Virus record (IMG/VR): IMGVR_UViG_3300028920_000057
Span: 24,897 to 88,896 of that record
Origin: a virus
Reading direction: 5' to 3' (one strand)
DNA length: 64,000 nucleotides
Shown: positions 31,206 through 41,215 of the stretch, piece by piece
Layout of the letters: each line of letters starts with the position of its first letter
Numbering within the stretch: the first letter of the stretch is position 1
The notes under the pieces: generated by a model
What the model saw: the letters and a program-made list of their open reading frames with translations, nothing else
Databases searched by the model: none
What the model was told of the DNA's origin: nothing
Program-made: the position numbers and the translations under genes

Positions 31206-31853
31206 TTATTGAGGAAGATTCGCGTTTCCTGCAGAACTTGCCGAAGAATACTCGTCGGCAGTTTTGCCTTGAGGATTCCAATGGACAATTTCACGAGCCA
31301 GGAAGCTACACGTTTCATCCGTCGTGATGTCGTCAATTGAGATACCCGCACCATTATTCATCAGTTCAACGCCACGGATTTCCATCCCTGTCCTGACGCC
31401 ATATTCATTGGCGGCAGAAATTACGACGTTAAACGGCAGAATCTGATCGAAATACCAGTTAGGAACCTGTCTAGTTACAAGCCGCTGATCAAAGCTGCCT
31501 GAATTTAACTGACCCGGATCTTTCTTCCAGTATTTATATCCAACAGTGCTAGCATTGAGCTCGCCAGTTTGAGCAAGCGGATTTACGTTGCCGCCAGTCA
31601 AAGTATTGAGTTCATGCAACAGGGCGGATCTATCGAACACAGCGAACACAAGTGCGCCTGCGATCCCTCGCTTGCCGCGAGAGAATGTCCGGGGATTAGC
31701 ATATCCCATTGTGTAAATGGGGACCTTTTCCCTTGTCACAGAGTATGACAATCCCTGAAGTTCGCCAACCCATTTGCCGGCGAACGTCACGACCATGTCT
31801 ACACCCGAGAACCCGTTATAGGTCCTGTTGAAGTTTACATTATTATCAGCCAT
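31206..31853 (-). CDS. Major tail tube protein
   Basis: Immediately after the sheath gene, strong GGAGGT RBS, own terminator; FSGVDMVVTF, GELQGLSYSVTREKVPIYTMG..PRTFSRGKRGIAG. Confidence 0.8.
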   Translation of the reverse strand: MADNNVNFNRTYNGFSGVDMVVTFAGKWVGELQGLSYSVTREKVPIYTMGYANPRTFSRGKRGIAGALVFAVFDRSALLHELNTLTGGNVNPLAQTGELNASTVGYKYWKKDPGQLNSGSFDQRLVTRQVPNWYFDQILPFNVVISAANEYGVRTGMEIRGVELMNNGAGISIDDITTDETCSFLAREIVHWNPQGKTADEYSSASSAGNANLPQ

Positions 31854-31864
31854 GGTTCACCTCC

Positions 31865-33712
31865 TTATGATTTACTTAAATCAAGTTCAACTAGAACCTT
31901 GACGATTTCGAAAGCAGGTACGATGACTGCTTTTACGCTGACTTGGCCAAGCACGGCCTGATCCTCGGTTTGTTCAAGCGAGAATTCATACCGATTAATA
32001 AAGCCATTGCCATCATCAACCAACTGTCTAAACATGTCGTCCAGATCGGCTCGCATACCATTGAGGCGGGCAGAATTGCCAGCTTCGCCAATATACGGAT
32101 CGGCAACGCGCCGTATCAAATCCATAACCTTGGCCGTAATACGGACGGTGGTTAGGTTTGTATAGTCGCTCCGACGATACTGATCGATATTGTAGGCGGA
32201 CGTAATCCCTCTTGCCACAACGTATCCCCGACCAGGCTTTCTGATGGTGATAACGTAGCGTGCTGCAACAAGGTCGTCTGCGTCTGAACGCTTAATGTCT
32301 CTGATTGACTGGAAGCCATCAATAGACTTATTGGTTGTAGAGCTGTTTTCAGGCAGCCTTAGAACCAGCGCCAGGTACTCACCCACGCCATTAGACACGT
32401 ACGTGCGTTCACTCGGAGCCCCAATCAGGCGCAACGTCTGATCGCCATATGTGTTGCTGGAAACACCTTCCATGGCGCCAAGGCTAACCCATCGACCGAG
32501 GTCGACTTTGTTGCCATGAGCATCCACGATGTCGCCAGTAGAACCTCCGGGATTTGCACTTGCACCCCCGGTGGCCTTCCACATACGATAAGTCGTAGGA
32601 ACCAGATCGGATTCGCCAGCCGTATGGCCATCGAGTCCAGAGCTATTAGTGAAGTCCTTCGCATCGTCAATAAAATCGTTCCATTCGGCAAGAGTAATGC
32701 CGAAGGAATCCGTAGTTGAGGGATTATAACCTCTGAACGCTCGCCGGAAAGCGGTTTGCATCAGTCCTCTAACGGTATTGAATTCTGTTTCAGTACCATC
32801 AAAGACTTCTACAGCGCCCAAAAGCTCAGTTCCCTCTATAGGCGTTTCTGTCACAGTTATGATGGCGGCATCGTCATCATAGCTTGCGACATAATAATCT
32901 CTACTACCTGTGGAGTAATAGACGGTTATTTTAGCGCCTACATATGGAATACCCTCGCCCTCGAAATCTCCCGAAGATGAAGATGAGTTCGCAAGCAACG
33001 TAGAATCAATTACGATCTGCTTGGTAGCAGCGTCAATAGAATCAATGTTGACCTGAGCAATGCTAAGCTTATTAAAATAAGACGTAGCAAATGCGTCACG
33101 GAATTGCTTGAATCTGATAGGAAGTCGGCCAATGGCTGAAATGACAGCGTCATTTTCCAGGCTGGCATCTTCACAGAAGTTAGCAAGCTGATATGCGAAA
33201 TCACCCGAATCACCATCGTAGGTGCGAGTGGTATTATCTGAATCGTATACCTGAGTCAGGTCTGCCCGAAGATCAGCATAAACACCTGGGATATAAACAA
33301 TATCCAAGGTATGATTAAGCAGATTCTCAAACGTTTCCTGAAGAGCAGTGTATCTTTCAGTTTCGGTCACAATGTGACCGTTGAAATTGGAGTTGCCGCA
33401 GTAAAGAAAACCTTCCTCACCCCAACCATGAGCGATCTTGACAAACTCTACCGTAACACCCTTTGAGACCTCCGCAATAGCTTTTGTAAGCTCGCTCGGC
33501 TTAGTGCCGAAGTCGTCGTTGATCGCAGGGTGAAACGTGGAATATCTGTCAGCGCTCGAATCCGTTAGGAGCACTGGGTCATTAAGGGGTATGTCTGCAG
33601 TCGTTACGCCCAATACCGTAATTTTGGTACCGGGAGCAGGACGTTCAACACGAAGATTCCCGTCATTCAGCGACACCACAGTTCCTGGTAAATTAGGGAA
33701 TTGTGAAGTCAT
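31865..33712 (-). CDS. Contractile tail sheath protein
   Basis: N-terminal FPNLPGTVV; C-terminal SDYTNLTTVRI...IR.VADPYIGE..N...GQVSVKAVIVPAFEI..V typical of sheath C-terminal domains; 615 aa. Confidence 0.85.
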   Translation of the reverse strand: MTSQFPNLPGTVVSLNDGNLRVERPAPGTKITVLGVTTADIPLNDPVLLTDSSADRYSTFHPAINDDFGTKPSELTKAIAEVSKGVTVEFVKIAHGWGEEGFLYCGNSNFNGHIVTETERYTALQETFENLLNHTLDIVYIPGVYADLRADLTQVYDSDNTTRTYDGDSGDFAYQLANFCEDASLENDAVISAIGRLPIRFKQFRDAFATSYFNKLSIAQVNIDSIDAATKQIVIDSTLLANSSSSSGDFEGEGIPYVGAKITVYYSTGSRDYYVASYDDDAAIITVTETPIEGTELLGAVEVFDGTETEFNTVRGLMQTAFRRAFRGYNPSTTDSFGITLAEWNDFIDDAKDFTNSSGLDGHTAGESDLVPTTYRMWKATGGASANPGGSTGDIVDAHGNKVDLGRWVSLGAMEGVSSNTYGDQTLRLIGAPSERTYVSNGVGEYLALVLRLPENSSTTNKSIDGFQSIRDIKRSDADDLVAARYVITIRKPGRGYVVARGITSAYNIDQYRRSDYTNLTTVRITAKVMDLIRRVADPYIGEAGNSARLNGMRADLDDMFRQLVDDGNGFINRYEFSLEQTEDQAVLGQVSVKAVIVPAFEIVKVLVELDLSKS

Positions 33713-33723
33713 TTATTTTCTCC

Positions 33724-34758
33724 TTACTGAATATCCACTTTTTTGTTGTTATGGGCAAAGAGCACTTGCTCGTAATTCCCATTTCCTTGCATAAATGCAA
33801 TCTTCAGTTCTTTTAGTAGAACATCTTCAGTCGAGTATAACTCTTCTGTTCTTACGCCATAAACACAGGTAGTTCCAACAATGTCATTGCGCCAGCGAGT
33901 GACATTATATTCTGGTCCCTGCTGTAGAAACAATACGTCAACAACGCCATTCTCTTTGAAGATATTTCTATAACGCCTCATGAACGTGCGGAACCAGCGT
34001 GCCAGCCGTGATGTCGCCTCGTTCGTAGGTGTCCAGCATTGAAAATATACTTCAGAATCAAAATGTTGACCAAATACTGTTTCCATCTTATTTGTTAACG
34101 GATTCGCTCTTTCTTCTCTTCTCTGGGGCACGAGTTGTTTAACGCCACTTCTAAAAAACTCTCGGCCTCCAGGCGAGTAATCGTGAACCTTATAACAAAT
34201 ATGATCCATAAAAGCTTCGGTAGCGTTCCGCTGTATTTCTTCTTCAGTATAATATCTATTGATATCATCAGAAGCCGGATATGCATGTAAAAACTTTACA
34301 TGCTTCGCATTATCGAAGTCTAAGCGTAATACATCTGTTCCATGTACCGGCGCCGTCGCACCACTGTGAGCCTCGAGTGTCACAGAATGCTCATCTACAT
34401 CGGAATGAACCTGGCCAATAGTATAAACCGCATTGGTTGTCAGATTCAATACTTTATCTCCCTCTTCCAGATAGCGAGCAAAGGGAAATCTAATCATAAA
34501 GCGATTTGATTCGCTTATTGATTGCCAGTAAGATTGATATCCCTTTAATCCCAAGTCTACCATATCGAGGAAATCCTCGATTACGCAGTCCCGTCGTGCC
34601 AGCGATCGCTCTTCTGCGCTGGGAGGTAACATTTCCAAGTCTGGATGGAGCAAATAAGCACTATTCTCATAGTTGTTCCGGTGTTGAACAGGCTTAAGTC
34701 CCGGAAGTTTTTCCTTATGCTCTCCAAACGTTCTTTTATCTACTTTCGCTTTACTCAT
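33724..34758 (-). CDS. Neck / tail terminator-like protein
   Basis: Directly upstream of the sheath gene; GQHFDSEVYFQCWTPTNEATSRLARWF resembles tail-completion proteins. Confidence 0.5.
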   Translation of the reverse strand: MSKAKVDKRTFGEHKEKLPGLKPVQHRNNYENSAYLLHPDLEMLPPSAEERSLARRDCVIEDFLDMVDLGLKGYQSYWQSISESNRFMIRFPFARYLEEGDKVLNLTTNAVYTIGQVHSDVDEHSVTLEAHSGATAPVHGTDVLRLDFDNAKHVKFLHAYPASDDINRYYTEEEIQRNATEAFMDHICYKVHDYSPGGREFFRSGVKQLVPQRREERANPLTNKMETVFGQHFDSEVYFQCWTPTNEATSRLARWFRTFMRRYRNIFKENGVVDVLFLQQGPEYNVTRWRNDIVGTTCVYGVRTEELYSTEDVLLKELKIAFMQGNGNYEQVLFAHNNKKVDIQ

Positions 34759-35032
34759 TTAGCAAATTCTTAGTAGCGTTTGTTATGATTGACCTAATAT
34801 CCTTAATTGTATCCGCATAGTGTCTAGCGTCAACCTTGAGGTTATTGGCCAGGTATTTGAGCTCTATTTCTCTATAGTCTTTATAGGAAAAGACAAAAAC
34901 GACGCGAACTCCTCTTGGATTAGCATCCTTCGGAGGCGTCTTTTCTATTCTGAGAGGCTCAAGTCCGCTCGTGATACATGCGGCGACTTTTTCAATATCG
35001 CCAACCCTGATTTCTCCCTTGTTCTTGGCCAT
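34751..35032 (-). CDS. Small conserved-type phage protein (DUF5659-like)
   Basis: 93 aa, overlaps both neighbours; D...AA.....G....RVVFVF.....Y..N.L.VDA..Y pattern. Confidence 0.45.
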   Translation of the reverse strand: MAKNKGEIRVGDIEKVAACITSGLEPLRIEKTPPKDANPRGVRVVFVFSYKDYREIELKYLANNLKVDARHYADTIKDIRSIITNATKNLLNE

Positions 35033-37059
35033 TAGCTAAAATATTCCGTATATTGTGGTAATTGATAATATCGGCTGGCTCCCTTAATTGTCGGGAACTG
35101 CCATCCCTGTTTTGTTGATAGATATGTATAGGTACGAGTCCTGAAATTGGGCTTTGTCGTTCTGTGCATACTTCCTTTGATTGCAACCACAAATTGTACC
35201 CCTGTACCGCATAGTACCTTAAGTGCCCGTCGTGCACTTGCGACTTCATCGACAATGCCGTCTTCTTTAGGATTGCGCTTAGTGTTCGAGGCCCTGGCTC
35301 CTACTCTGACGTTATAATCTCCAAGTCGTTTCGAAACCCCTCTCGAGACCGCCGTATCAATATAGGTCAAATCATAGAAATCAAGCAAGGTTTTCTTATA
35401 TGCATATGTGATAGCATCTTCCGGCGGTTCACATAGGTCATATGACATACAGGCTAATTTCCAGGCTTCTATAGAATTCTTCAGAATCATCCTGAGAATC
35501 TTCTCGTCAGAATGTTTATAATTCAGCCCTTCAAGTTCAAGGCGGATAAGATCAATATCAGAATAGATAGGGAACAAACCGGTCATAAACCATTTATGAA
35601 GTTCATTATCCGTAGTCCAGACCATAACGGCGCCATTATCGTCCGCCTGTGACCTCAAGCCAGATTTGATGTAGATGTTAACATCTGTATTCAACGTAGG
35701 ACCTTCATATGTGACAGTAATGCTCGACGAACTCGACACTTCTGGTTCTGAAGATTCACTATCGCTCGAACTTGAAGACTCAGGAGTAGGAGTCTCTCCG
35801 TCTTCTGCGGAGGAAGAAGTATCTTCAGTAGACGAAGTAGATATAGACGACGTTGACTCAGAGCTGGAGGAAGATTCTTCTTCAGCCTCTTCTTCTCTTG
35901 GATCTGTGTTGGAAATATAATATCCCCATGCCGTGCCTTGAACCTCTTGTGTGTCATCGCACCCAGCGATAATGGTTACAGAAAAGTTCTGGTTTGGCGT
36001 AATGGCTATTTCTTCGACTACATAATTGTCATTCGTACTAATACAACCACTATCAAATAAGGTTTGGCCAAGTTGATGAACGATAAATTGATCTTTCACC
36101 TTGAACGAACGATACTTCAAATAGGCAGTTTCAGAAGCTCCAAAGTTGTATTCTCTTGTTTCTTCTCCTACAACGCCTTCTCTGTAGATGTTGTATTCAG
36201 TAACTGTCGTAGTTTCGGTAGGGCCAGAAGGTAAAGAGGATGAAGATGAAGACGAACTGGATGCCTCTTCATATTGCTGGGCCTCCCAGTCTGCGAGCGT
36301 CCCCGGATAAGTAATAAGGACGTCATTCCCTTGAATATAATAATTAACATCAGGAAATAACTTGTCGTTTCTATTATCCAGACAAAATGCCGACGTTCCT
36401 TCTGCTGCATAAGAATCTTCAAAGTCTTCTACATCATAGACCATTGCCCTGATATCTACCATAGGCTTATGCTCTAATATGATATATTCTCTGGCAGAAG
36501 CCAGATCTACTGGACGATTGAAGGTTAATCGAATACCATTCTCGGCTATAAACGCAGGAGAAACAAGCATCTCGCCATGCGCAGGTTCCATATCTACAAA
36601 TTCTAAAGGAATCGTCTCTACTGCGATAGGTTGGTCGTCAATGACAACATAGACAGTCTCTGTCTCTTGAGGCGCATTTTCTCTAGGACTTGACGCAACA
36701 ACCGCAGAAGGAGCCCTGACACCAGTAGTAAATAAAATAGTTTGTGTTTGTAGAACGGAATTGCCGTCTGTGTCTTTAACCTCTCCTACAAACTGGCTGA
36801 GATCTTTACCTGAAATAATGATCTTATAACCTGTTTGTTCATTGAGAGATAATGCAGGAAGAACCTTTACCACGTTGCCAGAAGTAACATAGCTTGCACG
36901 AACTGGTGTAGAAGTATCACGATTCAATAGCGCTATAGTGCCGCTATTAACAGAGGCTGAATCAATATCCTTATTAAAAGTTAGCGTAATAGTGTTTTCT
37001 ATCTGAAAGTTGTTGTCTCCACTCGTAGGGGAACTTCTAACAAGAATAGGAGTTGACAT
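35032..37059 (-). CDS. Ig-like (Big_5-type) domain head/neck structural protein with Ser-rich linkers
   Basis: N-terminal SSP..G......I.LTFNKDIDSASV...P...L...T.Y.I.I..V.D.DGN...F.TG Ig-like pattern; C-terminal SKRLGDYNV resembles head-tail adaptors; long Ser/Glu tracts. Confidence 0.65.
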   Translation of the reverse strand: MSTPILVRSSPTSGDNNFQIENTITLTFNKDIDSASVNSGTIALLNRDTSTPVRASYVTSGNVVKVLPALSLNEQTGYKIIISGKDLSQFVGEVKDTDGNSVLQTQTILFTTGVRAPSAVVASSPRENAPQETETVYVVIDDQPIAVETIPLEFVDMEPAHGEMLVSPAFIAENGIRLTFNRPVDLASAREYIILEHKPMVDIRAMVYDVEDFEDSYAAEGTSAFCLDNRNDKLFPDVNYYIQGNDVLITYPGTLADWEAQQYEEASSSSSSSSSLPSGPTETTTVTEYNIYREGVVGEETREYNFGASETAYLKYRSFKVKDQFIVHQLGQTLFDSGCISTNDNYVVEEIAITPNQNFSVTIIAGCDDTQEVQGTAWGYYISNTDPREEEAEEESSSSSESTSSISTSSTEDTSSSAEDGETPTPESSSSSDSESSEPEVSSSSSITVTYEGPTLNTDVNIYIKSGLRSQADDNGAVMVWTTDNELHKWFMTGLFPIYSDIDLIRLELEGLNYKHSDEKILRMILKNSIEAWKLACMSYDLCEPPEDAITYAYKKTLLDFYDLTYIDTAVSRGVSKRLGDYNVRVGARASNTKRNPKEDGIVDEVASARRALKVLCGTGVQFVVAIKGSMHRTTKPNFRTRTYTYLSTKQGWQFPTIKGASRYYQLPQYTEYFS

Positions 37060-37325
37060 TAAAGTGCCTCCATAATTTCTTTCTTCTCTGCTTCTGTTCT
37101 GTTGTCTCGTTCTTCCATCGCCCTTTGACGCCTTGCTACCTCTTCTTCATCTGTTATCTCGATCTTTACAATGCCATCTTTATTGGTGACTTCAACATGA
37201 GCTTCTTCAGATTCTGTGATAGGCGAGATTGAGCCCCAATTGCGTCTCGGGTCATTCTTTGGCACTTCTTCTTGAGGTTGTGGGCTGCGGTGGTCACTAA
37301 GATTAATAACATTTGTCGGTTGCAT
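37059..37325 (-). CDS. Hypothetical protein (88 aa)
   Basis: GAGGGG RBS; TAATG overlap with the next gene. Confidence 0.55.
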   Translation of the reverse strand: MQPTNVINLSDHRSPQPQEEVPKNDPRRNWGSISPITESEEAHVEVTNKDGIVKIEITDEEEVARRQRAMEERDNRTEAEKKEIMEAL

Positions 37326-37345
37326 AATATGCCCCTCTTTATATG

Positions 37346-37373
37346 AAAAAACCCCTGGCCGAAACCAGGGGTT
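37346..37373 (-). terminator. Intrinsic terminator after the major capsid gene
   Basis: Minus strand AACCCCTGG-tttcgg-CCAGGGG-TTTTTT. Confidence 0.8.
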
Positions 37374-37397
37374 CTTAATATCGCACTACATAGTGGA

Positions 37398-38792
37398 TTA
37401 GGTAGCGCTGGAACTGGAGCTGTCTTCAATTCCCGCAGAAATTGTCGGCAGTTCACCGTTTGAGATGTCCCAGGTAACCTTATCTTCCATGAAGTAGGCT
37501 TGGTCGATTGCGATGTTCTTAAGAACACGCGCAGCTTTACCCTGGTTAACGTTAATCATGGAGTACCGTTCCCGGAACTTCATTTTATAAACGTCAACCC
37601 GAGGATCGTTCCAGTCTTCAGTGTAGAGGTCTTCGTCGACGACGAGCAAACCTGCCTGATCGGCCTGAAGCAGAACGATGTCGGTGACCCACTTGCTCAG
37701 AGTGGTGTTCCAGGTTACAGGAGCATAAGGCGTAACAACAATGTTGAAGCCTAAGCCACCATAGCCAGGTACCTGGAATGCGAACGTTGCATTGGCGGCT
37801 CCGCCAACTGAAGTACCGGAAGTGGCACCCAGTGCGACAGATTGACCAACGTTCTGTCCGTAAGGTACGTTAACACCAAGCTGAGGAGCATAGACGGATC
37901 CACCCGTAGGAGGAGTCCAGAATGCGCCACCTTGACCACGGAAGAACTGTTCCCGAAGGATCGGATCTTTCGCGAAGATTGTCCATGCAAGCGGATGACA
38001 GACAAGCGTGTTGAGGTGCCAGCCTTCTTGCAGGGCGTCAATGTAAGCGTCAACCAGATCGTCAACGATAAGGGTCCAGTTACCATTACCATTGATATCA
38101 CGACCTTTGGACCGGCGAGCGCCGGAGGCAATGTTGTCGATATAGGTAGAACCCAGGTTGAAGATAAGGTCGGAAGCTTTCTTTTCTTTATGACGAATCA
38201 GAGCCTGACGCGCCTGACGGGCATGCAGGTTAACGACGTCAAATGCGGAATAACGGATAGCTTCTTCAGTGAAGTTTACCGCGATACCGACTTTCCCGAT
38301 CGTGGCGGTTACTGAACCGCTGTAATCGAGAGCCAGTTCGGGGTATTCTTCGCCTTCTGCCATATCGAGCTCGAGGTTACCGGCTGCGCCTACGGCGGGG
38401 AAGGTGATTGAAGTACCGTTTTGGAATCTTACTTGCGTAAGCATCCGAGTAAGCGGGTTGTCCTGCGGAAGAGGTTCCCGAACCACGTTGGCGACAACGT
38501 GAGGAATCAGGTTCCGGTATTCAGCAGATGTGACAGCATCGCTCGTTTTGCTGGCTAATTCGACTGATTTGTCAATCAGATCTGGAAGCTCAACATGCTT
38601 GTCAAGCTCACGGTGGTAACCGTTATCTTTCCAGATTTGAGTCCACAGAGCAAGGCGGTCCCGAACTTCCTGTTTTTCAGTCTTCGGTTTAGCTTTGTCG
38701 TCTGCTTTTTCGATCTGGCCTTTGACAACAGCGTGCAGTTCTTCCATAACCTTATCAACTACAGCCATAGCATCTTTTTTTACATTATCCAT
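37398..38792 (-). CDS. Major capsid protein (HK97 fold)
   Basis: LIP..VANVVREP, MAEGEEYPE, IGKVGIAVNFTEEAIRYSAFDVV, WNDPRVDV..MKFRERY; GGAGG RBS; follows protease and decoration genes; has its own terminator. Confidence 0.88.
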   Translation of the reverse strand: MDNVKKDAMAVVDKVMEELHAVVKGQIEKADDKAKPKTEKQEVRDRLALWTQIWKDNGYHRELDKHVELPDLIDKSVELASKTSDAVTSAEYRNLIPHVVANVVREPLPQDNPLTRMLTQVRFQNGTSITFPAVGAAGNLELDMAEGEEYPELALDYSGSVTATIGKVGIAVNFTEEAIRYSAFDVVNLHARQARQALIRHKEKKASDLIFNLGSTYIDNIASGARRSKGRDINGNGNWTLIVDDLVDAYIDALQEGWHLNTLVCHPLAWTIFAKDPILREQFFRGQGGAFWTPPTGGSVYAPQLGVNVPYGQNVGQSVALGATSGTSVGGAANATFAFQVPGYGGLGFNIVVTPYAPVTWNTTLSKWVTDIVLLQADQAGLLVVDEDLYTEDWNDPRVDVYKMKFRERYSMINVNQGKAARVLKNIAIDQAYFMEDKVTWDISNGELPTISAGIEDSSSSSAT

Positions 38793-38806
38793 GTTTAGAC
38801 CTCCGT

Positions 38807-39640
38807 TTACACGTTAACGTTGATAAGGACTCGCCATTTCGAAGACTCATTACCCGCAGCGGTATTAGACGCATGCGTTTGGGTAGTGGCGCCAAGGAAA
38901 TGGGCCGGCAGACCTGCGCCTGCTGGAGAGTCGATTGTGCCATACAGATTCAGACCAGGGGCTCCCTGAATCCGATCCATACCATCAAGACCGTCGGTAA
39001 TCTTGCCAACTTTGTAGCATTTACCGAAAGTGTTTTCCATGGTGATTTTGATTGACGCAACGTCAGCAAAGTCGGCAGCTACGGCCGGTCTCCAATAACC
39101 AGGAGCGGCATTGTCAGGAAGAATCAAATCGCCCTGAGCAACATCAATCTGCGTGGTATTGATGATCGGATACTCAACGAGCCAGTTTGTAGAAACGGTT
39201 TTATGATCCGTTTGAACCTGGTAGTTGAGGTAGCCTGAATTGCTTGTGTTTGCGACAAAATCAAAGAACGCATAGCCAACCAGTTTATTGGCAGGCTGCG
39301 TAGCGGTATCGCCATCAGCAGCAGCATCGCCTGCACCAAGTGCAGCACTTGCGCTGTAAGCCGGCGTACCCCAGGTAACGTCATTGGCACCATAGGTCAG
39401 GGTATTGCTTGCGCCGCAGTTAGCAAGCACAAACTGATTCCACTGATCCAGTGCAATGAGTTGCCCAGCCTTAATTACGACTGGGAATGCTTGACCGCCT
39501 TGATACTTGATCTCCTGGACTGGAAGATAAGGAGCAACCTTGTTGGAACAACGAGGATGATTACCTTCGGAAATTTCCTTGAAGATACGAGTCTCTTGGC
39601 CATAGCCATAAGCAGTTCTCATACTATTAGTATCAGACAT
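38807..39640 (-). CDS. Capsid decoration/cement protein
   Basis: Between protease and MCP, strong GGAGG RBS; VAPYLPV...VVIKAGQLIALD pattern. Confidence 0.6.
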   Translation of the reverse strand: MSDTNSMRTAYGYGQETRIFKEISEGNHPRCSNKVAPYLPVQEIKYQGGQAFPVVIKAGQLIALDQWNQFVLANCGASNTLTYGANDVTWGTPAYSASAALGAGDAAADGDTATQPANKLVGYAFFDFVANTSNSGYLNYQVQTDHKTVSTNWLVEYPIINTTQIDVAQGDLILPDNAAPGYWRPAVAADFADVASIKITMENTFGKCYKVGKITDGLDGMDRIQGAPGLNLYGTIDSPAGAGLPAHFLGATTQTHASNTAAGNESSKWRVLINVNV

Positions 39641-39655
39641 TTTGAAACCTCCTTA

Positions 39656-41212
39656 TTAGAGAACGTCTTTTACGTCTTTGTTTTCACTGTCGGCTTTGTC
39701 TTCCTTGCGTTCCGACTTGTCATCTTTCGATGTGTCGGACAGCGTAGGATCGTCAACAGTGCTCTTGTCCACATTGCTTTCACTGAATTTCTCCAGATCG
39801 GCAATCTTCTGTTCGAAGTCAGCCTTCTCGTCTTCTACGGCGTCTCTGAGAGAGTCCATAGTGCGAGTGGCGAGCTTCTGCTTATAGGCATCGATATTGG
39901 CCTTTGTTTCAGCTTCGTCTTTGCCTTCAAGCTCAGAAATACTTGCATGACCGGTGATTTTCCTCATGAGATAGAGCTGATCGGCGATCAAGCCAATAAC
40001 TTCGGCTTTGCTGTCATCAAGCTTTTTCTGAAGAGATTCTTTTTCTTCATCAGCTTTATCAAGCTTAACCTGAAGTTCTGCCTTTTCATCGACAAGCTTC
40101 TTGTTCTCACGATTCACGATCTCGAGAGCAGTATCCTGGGCGTTGTCTTGGGTTTTAGTTTGTTCACCCATGGATTTCTCCTGTGAAACGTTGTTAATGT
40201 TTTCCTTCGCATCCTGTGCTTTTTCTTCTGGGGTAGATTCATTAGAGTCATTGTCCCCGGTAGCCTCGTCCTCTTCGACTGCTGGCATGTCGATCTGAAC
40301 TGTGGTCTTCCCCGTTGTCGTCTGATTAACTTCATCTTCGACGTCGTCAATCAGCAGGCTCTCCTGAACCTTTAATGAATCGCTCATTACCATTCCCCGT
40401 ATGGCGTTGACCGGCGATACGTAATGACGCGAAATCATTATATCTTTAAGAGCATCAAAACTTGCGTTTTTAACGCCAAGTTCGTCTGCTATCTTTTTAA
40501 AGTTTAATACTTTAGCTTTTTCCTGGGCAGGTACTGGTACGAATGATACTTCAAAATAATCAATAACATCCGTTATCAGAAACATATCCAGAGCCTTGCC
40601 CTTCTTATGAGTTCCAATTTTAACAAGCGGTGAATCATCTGTCAACTCCGCCTTTCTTCCAGGCCAATGTTCACATTCCTGAGAAAGAGACCAATCCCTG
40701 CCACAATGGGAACAAATAGGAAATGCAAGCTGCTGAGAAGTTGATACCGTAGCATATCTGCCATCAATAACTCTTTGCTGAGCATCCTCGTCCGTAATAT
40801 CGGTAGTCAGAATGACGCGGCCTGAACCTTCACCTTTCTTGGTAGCATATGCGAAATCATATTTAAACTTCTTGGCATCTTTTTCGAACTTTTCAAAGCG
40901 CGATTTAACGACCCTACCGATGGTAGCGTCGGGATTCTCCTGATCATGTCCTTTCAAGACTGGCTTATCGTAGGGCTCGGTGAAGCGAAGGTAATTCTTC
41001 TGCACGCTTGGTCCCCGATACATTCGTCGATTAACTATGCTACCGGATCTCGTTGCATCCAGGTCGATCCTCAAGGCTGTAGAAACCTCATCACTCGATA
41101 CGCCGTCTGTGGTTGCCCGTCTCTTTGAGATATCATAGAACTTATCCAGCTTGTTCAGGTCAACAATCCCTGAGCCAATACTGAAATGATCTAAACTAAA
41201 TAAATCTGCCAT
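39656..41212 (-). CDS. Prohead protease fused to a C-terminal coiled-coil scaffold region
   Basis: N.R.Y, PYDKPVLKGHD, IGRV, DGRYATVS, CSHCG..C.H, EVSFVPVPA; acidic coiled-coil C-terminal third; directly after the portal gene. Confidence 0.75.
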   Translation of the reverse strand: MADLFSLDHFSIGSGIVDLNKLDKFYDISKRRATTDGVSSDEVSTALRIDLDATRSGSIVNRRMYRGPSVQKNYLRFTEPYDKPVLKGHDQENPDATIGRVVKSRFEKFEKDAKKFKYDFAYATKKGEGSGRVILTTDITDEDAQQRVIDGRYATVSTSQQLAFPICSHCGRDWSLSQECEHWPGRKAELTDDSPLVKIGTHKKGKALDMFLITDVIDYFEVSFVPVPAQEKAKVLNFKKIADELGVKNASFDALKDIMISRHYVSPVNAIRGMVMSDSLKVQESLLIDDVEDEVNQTTTGKTTVQIDMPAVEEDEATGDNDSNESTPEEKAQDAKENINNVSQEKSMGEQTKTQDNAQDTALEIVNRENKKLVDEKAELQVKLDKADEEKESLQKKLDDSKAEVIGLIADQLYLMRKITGHASISELEGKDEAETKANIDAYKQKLATRTMDSLRDAVEDEKADFEQKIADLEKFSESNVDKSTVDDPTLSDTSKDDKSERKEDKADSENKDVKDVL

Positions 41213-41215
41213 TTT

